From positions 1 through 11,566 of the forward strand of contig JBNJFI010000067.1 of assembly GCA_051746725.1 (NCBI GenBank): a stretch of 11,566 nt of DNA, written 5' to 3'. The notes under the pieces were generated by a model. It did no database searches. It was not told the origin of the DNA and saw only the letters and a list, made by a program, of their open reading frames with translations. Shown here one piece after another: positions 1 through 7,562 of this stretch; position 1 is the stretch's first letter; every line of letters starts with the position of its first letter. Both the position numbers and the translations under genes were made by a program. Source of the stretch: Fusobacteriota bacterium (lineage in GTDB: Bacteria; Fusobacteriota; Fusobacteriia; Fusobacteriales; JBNJFI01).

Positions 1-150
1 AATCATTCTAAGTGTTGTTGATTTTGCACATCCAGATGGACCAACAAACACTAAAAATTCACCATCTTTTATTTCTAAATTATGACCATATACTGCCTGG
101 AAACCATTTGGATATATTTTATCTAAATCCTTTAAAATTACATTTGCCAT
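1..150 (-). CDS. Sugar ABC transporter ATP-binding subunit (MalK/MsmX/UgpC family), N-terminal 50 aa, continues beyond the left edge
   Basis: Manual translation from ATG at 150: [50 protein letters not shown], the typical CUT1 ATPase N-terminus with Walker A (GPSGCAKST). SD GGAGG at 161-165. Follows two permeases. Not in the ORF track. Confidence 0.95.
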   Translation of the reverse strand, partial: MANVILKDLDKIYPNGFQAVYGHNLEIKDGEFLVFVGPSGCAKSTTLRMI

Positions 151-195
151 TTATATTCATCCTCCCTATTATTAATATATTATCTCAATTAATTA

Positions 196-1023
196 TTATC
201 CTTTTACCGCACCTGAAGTTAATCCTGATACTATCCTTTTTTGGAAAATCATTATCATAATTACTAACGGAACTGTAACTATTACTGTTGCTGCTGCTAT
301 TTCTCCCCATGGTACTGTATACCTACCTTGAAACATTGATATCCCTACAGGAACTGTTTTAGCCTTTTCAGCTGTATTTATAGTCAATGCAAATAAATAT
401 TCATTCCATGCTGCTATAAACACAATTATAGCTGTTGTAAACGCCCCTGGTGCTGCCAAAGGAGCAATGATTTTAGTAAAAGCTTGAAATGGTGTTGCAC
501 CATCTATTTTTGCGGCTTCTTCTAAACTATCTGGTATTTTTTTGAAAAATGTAGTTAAGTTCCATATAGCTAGTGGCAATGTAATTACTGTATAAGGTAT
601 AATCAAACCTAACCAAGTATTTCTCAACCCCATATTTTTCATAAATAAATATATAGGTGAAATGATTGCTATTTGTGGAAACATAGCTACTGCCAACACT
701 AATCCTAATATTATAGCTTTACCTCTAAACTTTAACCTTGCAATTGCATAAGCAGCCATAGATCCAACTACTACAGCATATAAGGTTGTTAAAGATGATA
801 CCATAAAACTATTCCATAAATAATTTGCAAATGGTCTTAACGTAAATACTAATTTATATGATTGTAAATATATATTTTTGGGCCAAAAATGAAACCCTGC
901 TGCAAATATTTCATTTGCTGGCTTTATTGAAGTGACAAATTGCCAATAAAACGGAAACAAAGATACAAATATAAAGGCTCCTAAAAATATATAAAATTTA
1001 ACTCCGGCTTTTTTAGTTCTCAT
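196..1023 (-). CDS. Carbohydrate ABC transporter permease (MalG/SugB-like, CUT1)
   Basis: 275 aa with multiple hydrophobic TM segments, EAA loop FKKIPDSLEEAAKIDGATPFQAF and C-terminal FQKRIVSGLTSGAVKG typical of MalG-like permeases. Confidence 0.95.
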   Translation of the reverse strand: MRTKKAGVKFYIFLGAFIFVSLFPFYWQFVTSIKPANEIFAAGFHFWPKNIYLQSYKLVFTLRPFANYLWNSFMVSSLTTLYAVVVGSMAAYAIARLKFRGKAIILGLVLAVAMFPQIAIISPIYLFMKNMGLRNTWLGLIIPYTVITLPLAIWNLTTFFKKIPDSLEEAAKIDGATPFQAFTKIIAPLAAPGAFTTAIIVFIAAWNEYLFALTINTAEKAKTVPVGISMFQGRYTVPWGEIAAATVIVTVPLVIMIMIFQKRIVSGLTSGAVKG

Positions 1024-1044
1024 TATTATCCCCTTTCTTTTATT

Positions 1045-2352
1045 TTATTCGTTGCTCATAACTTCTGCGCCTAATATTTTTATGTATAGAGTACTTATAA
1101 TTGCTATACAAACAAATACTATAAACGATAATGCAGATCCCTCTCCAAATCTCATTTGAGAGAACATTGTTTTATATGCATAAATCGAGATAGTTTCTGT
1201 ACCATTAGCTGGACCTCCACCTGTTAATATATAGATTAAATCGAAAACTCTAAATGCATCAAGAGTTCTAAATAAAAGAGCTACTAATATTGCAGGCTTT
1301 AATAATGGTAAAGTTATATGTCTAAACTGTTGCCAAGGACTAGCTCCATCAACATCAGCTGCTTCATATAAAGTATCTGGTATCTGTTGTAAACCGGCAA
1401 ATAATAAAAGTGCCATATACGGTGTTGTTTTCCAAACATCAGAGAATATAACTCCAAACATAGCTCCATCTGCTGTGGTAAGGAGTGCCCCTGGATCTGA
1501 AATCAGACCCACTTTGGCAAAGGCTGCCGCTAATATTCCAGCCTCTCCATTATACATGAACTTCCACATCATTGCAGATATTGCAGTTGGTATTGCCCAT
1601 GGAATTAAAACTGCTGCTCTAAATAGAGCTCTTCCTTTAAATGGCTTATTAATTATTAACGCTGTTATTATACCCAAAATAAGTTCTGCAAATACTGAAC
1701 CAAATGTAAATATGAGAGTATTTAAGAGAGATCTATACATCCGAGGCTCTTTTAAATATTTCGAATAATTACTAAGTCCAACAAAATTAGATTCTATTAT
1801 AGCATCATCAAATTCATCTACCAATTGAACAGCTGTTATTACTTCTCTATTTATTTTAGGACTGTTTTTTATTGTCATCAAATTTTTACGCATTATCTCA
1901 GCTTGATCCGAAATATATTCATACTGATTTGCTGTAATTGTATGATATTTTAAATCATCTGGAACTTTTTCATAATTAAGTAATAATTTCTCTATTTTAG
2001 TATAGTTAGCTTTCAAACTTGGGTCTTCCAATATAAATTCATATATATTATTTACTCGTTCTTCCACCTCATTTACTACTTTTAATTCCTCTTTGTTTGC
2101 ATTGGCTTTTATTTCATATAATGAATTCCTCAAAAAAGAGTTCGTATTAGTAAATCTTTCCATATTAACCTTCTCTGAAAGATGTATAGATGATTTACTA
2201 GGATTATTAAGTTGTAAATCAAACATACTTAACCAAAAGGTTCTTATTACTGGATAAAATGCAACTGCCGCTATTGAAATGATTGCAGGTAATATTAATA
2301 CTAATGCCAATTGCTTTTCATTTAAACCTTCCTGCTTTTTTTTCTTACTCAT
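1045..2352 (-). CDS. Carbohydrate ABC transporter permease (MalF/SugA-like) with a large extracytoplasmic insertion
   Basis: 435 aa. TM1 (LVLILPAIISIAAVAFYPV), ~135-aa soluble insert, then NFVGLSNY motif, TM core, EAA loop LQQIPDTLYEAADVDGASPWQQFRHITLPLL and FRVFDLIYILTGGGP motif. Confidence 0.93.
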   Translation of the reverse strand: MSKKKKQEGLNEKQLALVLILPAIISIAAVAFYPVIRTFWLSMFDLQLNNPSKSSIHLSEKVNMERFTNTNSFLRNSLYEIKANANKEELKVVNEVEERVNNIYEFILEDPSLKANYTKIEKLLLNYEKVPDDLKYHTITANQYEYISDQAEIMRKNLMTIKNSPKINREVITAVQLVDEFDDAIIESNFVGLSNYSKYLKEPRMYRSLLNTLIFTFGSVFAELILGIITALIINKPFKGRALFRAAVLIPWAIPTAISAMMWKFMYNGEAGILAAAFAKVGLISDPGALLTTADGAMFGVIFSDVWKTTPYMALLLFAGLQQIPDTLYEAADVDGASPWQQFRHITLPLLKPAILVALLFRTLDAFRVFDLIYILTGGGPANGTETISIYAYKTMFSQMRFGEGSALSFIVFVCIAIISTLYIKILGAEVMSNE

Positions 2353-2381
2353 TTTTTCTCCTTCCTTATTACTTGATGTAT

Positions 2382-2417
2382 AATTTAAAAAGGGAGTTTT
2401 AACCCCCTTTTTAAATT
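2382..2417 (-). terminator. Intra-operon stem-loop or partial intrinsic terminator after the binding-protein gene
   Basis: Inverted repeat AATTTAAAAAGGGAGTT-tt-AACCCCCTTTTTAAATT. The single DNA mismatch is a G-U pair on the minus-strand RNA, and a U5 tract follows the GC core. Confidence 0.75.
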
Positions 2418-2443
2418 TTAATTGATTTTTTATGATTTAAAGA

Positions 2444-3724
2444 TTATTTAGAATCTTCAACTGCTTCCTTCATCTTTTCATCCATATTTTTAACAGCTTC
2501 TTCTGGAGTTTGAGCTCCTGTAATAGCCTTTGATATTTCTATTTGCATTATATCTGATAATCTTGGATAAATTGGTGATACTGGTCTTGGAACTGCTGCT
2601 TCTAACCCTTTTTTGAACCCTTCATTTCTAAAGAACGGATTAGCTCTTAATACTGCTGTATTATCCCATACAGATTTTAATGTTGGAGCTAAACCACCAT
2701 AAACAGCTGATATTTCTTGTCCTTCAGGTCCATTCATAAATTTAAGAAATTCCCAAGCTGCTTCTGGATTTTCCGAATGTTGGTTGATCATTGTTACCCA
2801 TCCACCAAGAGTTGCTGCTGATCTTTCGTCACCTTTAGGTAGTGGAGCTACCCCAACTTTTCCAGCTATCTTAGATTGAATTTCATCTTGCGCTAATGCC
2901 CATTGATATGGCCAGTTTCTAATAAATACTGATTGACCTTCTAAGAATGCAGTATGCGATTCTAATTCTGTAAATGAAGTTATATTCGAAGGTACAAAAT
3001 CTTTATTTAATAATTCTATGAATTTATTCATTCCTTGAATAGTATCTGGATTATCAATTGTTATTTCTCCAGTACCATCAACAACTTCTCCTCCATATGC
3101 TGAAATTAATTCCATTGCATTACAAACTAAACCTTCATATTGTTTTGCTTGTGCAACATAACCATATTTAGTTCCTTTTTCACCTTCATATTTTGCTGCC
3201 ATTTCCATTAATTCTTCCCAAGTTTCTGGTGCTTCGTCTACAATATCTTTTCTATAAAATAACATTCCTGAATCTATAAATTTAGGTAATCCCCAAACTC
3301 TACCCTTAAAAGTTAATGCATTCATTGGTCCTTCCATATAGTCAGATTTTTTTATTCCATCTCTTTCCATAAATCTGTCTAAAGGTAATGCATATTCTGC
3401 TTGTGCAAATTCTGCTGGCCAGATAACATCCGCATCAAATACATCATATTCTGATCCACCTGCTGACATTGAAGTTACATAAGCATCATGTTGAGCTCCA
3501 GTATCTGCTGGCATTTCTCTAAATACAACCTTAATTTCTCCCTCATGAATCTCATTAAATCTTTCTACAATCTTAACAGTTGCTTCTGTACTATCTTTTC
3601 CTCTTGCATAAGTTAACAACACTTCATCTGATTCTTTGTCTCTACTAAATACATCAAAAATTCCACCAAAAGCTACCGTTGACATAAGTACCCCTAATAA
3701 CATTAAACTAATTCCTTTTTTCAT
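2444..3724 (-). CDS. ABC transporter solute-binding protein, trehalose/maltose (alpha-glucoside) type
   Basis: 426 aa. Signal peptide without lipobox Cys. Motifs DVIWPAEFA, QYEGLVCN, FIRNWPY, ATLGGW and AVPRPVSPIY resemble the TMBP/LpqY-like trehalose/maltose-binding group. SD AGGAGGAG at 3733-3740. Confidence 0.9.
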   Translation of the reverse strand: MKKGISLMLLGVLMSTVAFGGIFDVFSRDKESDEVLLTYARGKDSTEATVKIVERFNEIHEGEIKVVFREMPADTGAQHDAYVTSMSAGGSEYDVFDADVIWPAEFAQAEYALPLDRFMERDGIKKSDYMEGPMNALTFKGRVWGLPKFIDSGMLFYRKDIVDEAPETWEELMEMAAKYEGEKGTKYGYVAQAKQYEGLVCNAMELISAYGGEVVDGTGEITIDNPDTIQGMNKFIELLNKDFVPSNITSFTELESHTAFLEGQSVFIRNWPYQWALAQDEIQSKIAGKVGVAPLPKGDERSAATLGGWVTMINQHSENPEAAWEFLKFMNGPEGQEISAVYGGLAPTLKSVWDNTAVLRANPFFRNEGFKKGLEAAVPRPVSPIYPRLSDIMQIEISKAITGAQTPEEAVKNMDEKMKEAVEDSK

Positions 3725-3807
3725 CTTTACATCTCCTCCTCAGTTTTTTTAGACCATTTCTGGCCTTTAGTTTATTTTAAATCACCTATTTAATTATAGG
3801 CAAAATT

Positions 3808-5454
3808 TTATTTAAGTAACCAAACGTATTCATTAGGCATAAGCACTAATTTATCTTTAACATCTTTTTCTTCTAGTATATTATATACTGTATCAAATTT
3901 TATTTCCTTTAAATTTTTTGATAAATTATGAAAAATTATTAATTCTTTTCCATCTAACTCTCTTTTTACTACGAATAACTCTTTATCTTCAACATCTAAA
4001 TACTCAGGATCTTTTTTGAAAAATTCTTTATAATCAACTTTAGCTTTTATCATTTCTTTTAAACCTTCAAATATTTCATTTTCCTCAGACTCTTTATCAT
4101 TCAAAGCTTTTTTGACCTTCTCCCAATTCATCTCTCCTCTATTATAGAAACGAGAATCTTTATATCCAGTCTTTTTTGTCATCTTTTCATAAAACTCATG
4201 ATTATTTTCCATTCCAACTTCATCACCATAATAAATTATAGAAGATCCAATGGTTGTAAGCATCAAAGAATTAATTAAATGTATCTTTTGAATATCTCCA
4301 TCTAATAAATTATATAATCTTCCACTTATTCCTTCGCCTTCTCTGAAACTATATTTTTCATCTTTTAAATAATATTTATTCATCTTCTCTCTCTCTTCTG
4401 GAGTTACAAACTCTAAAGTCAGCTCATCGTGACATCTCAAAAAAGATAACCATTGAGCATTTTCCGGTATATCTGGAGTCACTTTATTAGATAAAACTTC
4501 TTTTATATAAGTTGAGTCTCCTTCTGCTAAGGCTAAATAAAATTTAGGCATTAGAGGAAAATGATAAGCTGCTTGACATTCATCTCCGTTCCCAAAGTAA
4601 TCTACTACATCTTTTGGTTTCATATTTGCTTCTGCTAAAAGCAAAGTTCCAGGCTGAATATAGTCTACAACAGCTCTAATTAACTTTATAATCTTATGTG
4701 TTTTTGGCAAATTCTCACAATTAGTTCCCTCTTCTTTCCAAATAAAAGGAATGGCATCCAATCTTAATCCATCTACACCCTTAGATTTCCAGAATACAAC
4801 CCTTTTAATTATTTCATATAAAACCTCTGGATTTTTATAATTTAAATCCGGCTGAAATCCATAAAATCTATGGAAATAATAATCATCTGTTTCTTTATTA
4901 TATTCCCAATTGCTATTAATCATCCCTTTGAAAAGCAATCTTGCCTCTTTATATTTTTCCTGGTCTTCATTCCAAATATAATAATCTCTATATTTTGAAC
5001 CTTTATCTTTTTTAGCTTCTTGAAACCATTTATGTTGATCTGATGTATGATTTAAAGCCATATCAAAAAGAACTTTTATCCCTTTTTTGTGTGCTTCTTC
5101 TATAAATTCAAAAAAATCTTCATTAGTTCCTAGATCTTCTCTTACTTTATAGTAATTACTTATATCAAAACCTTGATCATTCATTGGAGAACTTAATATA
5201 GGCAATAACCATAATGTATTTACACCTAAATTCTGTAAATAAGATAGTCTTTCTTTTAGGCCTTTAAAATCACCTGCATAAAGATCTACGTACAGAGAAT
5301 AAATCACAGCGCTCTTATACCAATCTTTTTCGATAGTTATCTCTTTTTGCTCATTTTTTGTTTCTTTTACAAATTGTTTAATCTTTTTTAATGTGTTTTC
5401 TGATTTTTCTCCATTATCGTATATTTCACTCCAAAGATCTTCGATGTTTTTCAT
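3808..5454 (-). CDS. treS: GH13 alpha-amylase family enzyme, trehalose synthase (TreS)-like
   Basis: 548 aa, no signal peptide. GH13 regions DMALNHTS, GLRLD233AIPF, LLAE275AN and FLRCHD343EL give an intact catalytic triad. TreS-type YFHRF..QPDLN, GTNCENLP and HDELTLE motifs. GH13 is certain, the exact TreS activity is not. Confidence 0.75.
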   Translation of the reverse strand: MKNIEDLWSEIYDNGEKSENTLKKIKQFVKETKNEQKEITIEKDWYKSAVIYSLYVDLYAGDFKGLKERLSYLQNLGVNTLWLLPILSSPMNDQGFDISNYYKVREDLGTNEDFFEFIEEAHKKGIKVLFDMALNHTSDQHKWFQEAKKDKGSKYRDYYIWNEDQEKYKEARLLFKGMINSNWEYNKETDDYYFHRFYGFQPDLNYKNPEVLYEIIKRVVFWKSKGVDGLRLDAIPFIWKEEGTNCENLPKTHKIIKLIRAVVDYIQPGTLLLAEANMKPKDVVDYFGNGDECQAAYHFPLMPKFYLALAEGDSTYIKEVLSNKVTPDIPENAQWLSFLRCHDELTLEFVTPEEREKMNKYYLKDEKYSFREGEGISGRLYNLLDGDIQKIHLINSLMLTTIGSSIIYYGDEVGMENNHEFYEKMTKKTGYKDSRFYNRGEMNWEKVKKALNDKESEENEIFEGLKEMIKAKVDYKEFFKKDPEYLDVEDKELFVVKRELDGKELIIFHNLSKNLKEIKFDTVYNILEEKDVKDKLVLMPNEYVWLLK

Positions 5455-5477
5455 GGATACCTCCTGTTTTTTCTGTT

Positions 5478-5493
5478 ATGCAAGCGAATGCAT
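5478..5493. promoter_or_regulatory. Putative LacI-family (MalR-like) operator, downstream copy
   Basis: ATGCAAGCGAATGCAT, an imperfect 16-bp palindrome with central CG, lying between the predicted transcription start and the AGGAGG SD (5460-5465). Confidence 0.7.
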
Positions 5494-5532
5494 TTATTTC
5501 TAAAAAAAATCATTTCTTTTAACTTCTAAAGT

Positions 5533-5561
5533 ATTATACCCTCTATTTATAAATTTGTCAA
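5533..5561 (-). promoter_or_regulatory. Sigma70/sigmaA promoter of the sugar operon
   Basis: Perfect consensus on the minus strand: TTGACA (5561-5556), 17 nt, TATAAT (5538-5533), with A-tracts upstream. Predicted TSS near 5526. Confidence 0.9.
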
Positions 5562-5654
5562 GTTTTTTTTGAACTTTTTCTGATTGTTTTGAACCTTTTT
5601 TACCCAAAATTTTATTTTTTTTAAAAAGAGAAACTTTTTTATCATATTAATCAT

Positions 5655-5684
5655 TTTATTTATGCAAACTATTGCATAAATAAA
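5655..5684. promoter_or_regulatory. Perfect 13-bp inverted repeat containing a second LacI-type operator
   Basis: TTTATTTATGCAA-acta-TTGCATAAATAAA. The core ATGCAAACTATTGCAT (5662-5677) has the same length and ATGCA...TGCAT arms as the 5478-5493 site. Confidence 0.65.
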
Positions 5685-5742
5685 GTTCTAATAAATTATT
5701 GAAATTTGTAATTAATTTAAAAAGTATAATTTTCTATATATT

Positions 5743-5773
5743 AAAAAAGAACCCTATTTCTAGGGTTCTTTTT
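5743..5773 (-). terminator. Rho-independent terminator of the hydrogenase operon (potentially bidirectional)
   Basis: Perfect 8-bp stem GAACCCTA/TAGGGTTC (5749-5768) with a GAAA loop on the minus strand, followed by U6, about 10 nt after the hndD stop. A T5 tract lies on the other side. Confidence 0.9.
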
Positions 5774-5782
5774 AATATATAT

Positions 5783-7540
5783 TTAGTATTTGTCTTTAGG
5801 GAAATACTCTGTGTGTAATAAATGATGAGCTTTTTCACTCATTGGTTTTCCTAAATATGTCTCATAAAGTTCTTTAATCGCAGGATTTTCATGCGATTTT
5901 CTTATTTTTTTACCTTTATCTTCATTATAAATAGCTTTTGTTCTTTCTTTTAATATATCTACATCTCCACCGTGGTAAGGTTGACCTCCACCACCGATAC
6001 ATCCACCAGGACATGCCATTACTTCAATTGCATGAAAATTTTCTTCCCCTGATTGAACTTTATTTAATAATTCTCTTGCATTTCCTAAACCATGGGCAAT
6101 TCCAATATTTATATCTTGATCCCCCATTTTAACTGTTGCACTTCTTATTCCTTCCATACCTCTTAATTCATTAAAGTCAACGTTTTCCAAAGTTTCTCCA
6201 GTATGTAATTCATAAGCAGTTCTTGTTGCAGCTTCTATAACTCCACCAGTAGCTCCAAATATAACTCCTGCACCAGTAGATTCTCCCATTGGTTGATCAA
6301 AATCTTCATCTTCAAGATCCATAAAGTCTATGTTTGCTTGATCTATTAAATTAGCTAACTCTCTAGTAGTTATTGATATATCTACATCTGGGTTTCCATC
6401 TACTTTAAATTCATCTCTATCTGCTTCATATTTTTTAGCTAAACAAGGCATTACAGAAACAACCACTAAGTCTTCTCTATCTACTTCCATTTTATCCGCC
6501 ATATATGTTTTAGCTATAGCTCCAAACATTTGTTGAGGAGATTTTGCCGATGAAGGTACATCTAATAAATCGCTGAAATTATGTTCAAAGAATTTAACCC
6601 ATCCTGGACAACATGAAGTAAGTATAGGTAATTTTACATCTTCATCTCCAGCTAAAAATTTATTTAATCTACCTAAAAGCTCTGTTCCCTCTTCCATAAT
6701 AGTAAGATCCGCTGCAAAATCAGTATCAAACACTTTATCAAATCCTAATTGTCTTAAAGCATTTACCATTTTCCCTGTAACTAAGTTTCCAGGTTCCATT
6801 CCAAACTCTTCTCCTAAAGCCGCTCTAACAGCTGGAGCAGTTTGAACTACAACAGTTTTTTCTGTATCCGCTAAAGCTTCAACAACTTCCCAACTATGAT
6901 CCTTTTCAGTTAAAGCACCCACAGGACATACTGCTACACATTGACCACAGTAAGTACATACTGAATCTTCTAATTTCATTTCAAATGCAGGAGATACTAC
7001 AGATTCAAAACCTCTGTTTATACCAGATAATACCCCTACTGTTTGAACATCATTACACATAGTTTCACATCTTCTACACATAATACATTTATCCATATCT
7101 CTAATTATTGAAGGAGAATAATCTTTTACATATGTTGATTCTTCACCTTCACATCTTATCTCTCTTATACCAAATTTTTCTGCTAAATCTTGAAGATCAC
7201 AATCTCCAGATTTTGCACAAGTTAAACAGTCTTTTGGATGATCTGAAAGCATCAATTCTAATACTGTTTTTCTTGCATCTAAAGCTCTTATTGAATTTGT
7301 TTTAACAACCATACCATCTGTAATTGGAGTAGCACAAGCAGGAGCTAAGTTATTTCTTCCCTCTACTTCTACAACACAAACTCTACAAGATGCAGTTTTG
7401 TTTACTATACCAGTATCTTTAAGGTCTAAATGACATAAAGTTGGTATATCTATATCTAATTCTTTAGCTGCAGATAATATAGTCGAACCAGGTTCAACTT
7501 GTAAATCTTTTCCATCTATAGTTATATTTAACATTCCCAT
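5783..7540 (-). CDS. hndD: [FeFe]-hydrogenase catalytic subunit (HndD/HydA, group A)
   Basis: 585 aa. H-cluster motifs TSCCPGW, MPCLAKKYE and EVMACPGGCIGGGGQP. N-terminal 2Fe-2S (PTLC..SCRVC..AC), His-ligated 4Fe-4S (HPKDCLTCAKSGDC) and two 4Fe-4S (CIMCRRCETMC, CTYCGQCVAVCP). Small-subunit-like C-terminus SHENPAI..LLHT. Confidence 0.96.
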   Translation of the reverse strand: MGMLNITIDGKDLQVEPGSTILSAAKELDIDIPTLCHLDLKDTGIVNKTASCRVCVVEVEGRNNLAPACATPITDGMVVKTNSIRALDARKTVLELMLSDHPKDCLTCAKSGDCDLQDLAEKFGIREIRCEGEESTYVKDYSPSIIRDMDKCIMCRRCETMCNDVQTVGVLSGINRGFESVVSPAFEMKLEDSVCTYCGQCVAVCPVGALTEKDHSWEVVEALADTEKTVVVQTAPAVRAALGEEFGMEPGNLVTGKMVNALRQLGFDKVFDTDFAADLTIMEEGTELLGRLNKFLAGDEDVKLPILTSCCPGWVKFFEHNFSDLLDVPSSAKSPQQMFGAIAKTYMADKMEVDREDLVVVSVMPCLAKKYEADRDEFKVDGNPDVDISITTRELANLIDQANIDFMDLEDEDFDQPMGESTGAGVIFGATGGVIEAATRTAYELHTGETLENVDFNELRGMEGIRSATVKMGDQDINIGIAHGLGNARELLNKVQSGEENFHAIEVMACPGGCIGGGGQPYHGGDVDILKERTKAIYNEDKGKKIRKSHENPAIKELYETYLGKPMSEKAHHLLHTEYFPKDKY

Positions 7541-7562
7541 ATATTTTTCACTCCTTTTCCAA

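Noticed and set aside
12..260. Plus-strand 82-aa ORF
   Set aside because: Antisense to the ATPase start and permease end, with Leu/Ile/His-rich shadow composition and no recognisable motif.
1475..1768. Plus-strand 97-aa ORF
   Set aside because: Entirely antisense to the conserved MalF-like permease core, with no recognisable domain.
5455..5782. Single hydrogenase-sugar operon, or a hidden sRNA, CRISPR or MITE in the spacer
   Set aside because: A strong terminator and an independent consensus promoter separate the units. There are no regularly spaced repeats, terminal inverted repeats with target duplication, or recognisable ncRNA.
5938..6132. Plus-strand 64-aa ORF
   Set aside because: Antisense shadow of the hndD H-cluster region.
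7108..7305. Plus-strand 65-aa ORF
   Set aside because: Antisense shadow of the hndD Fe-S region with Leu-rich artefactual composition.
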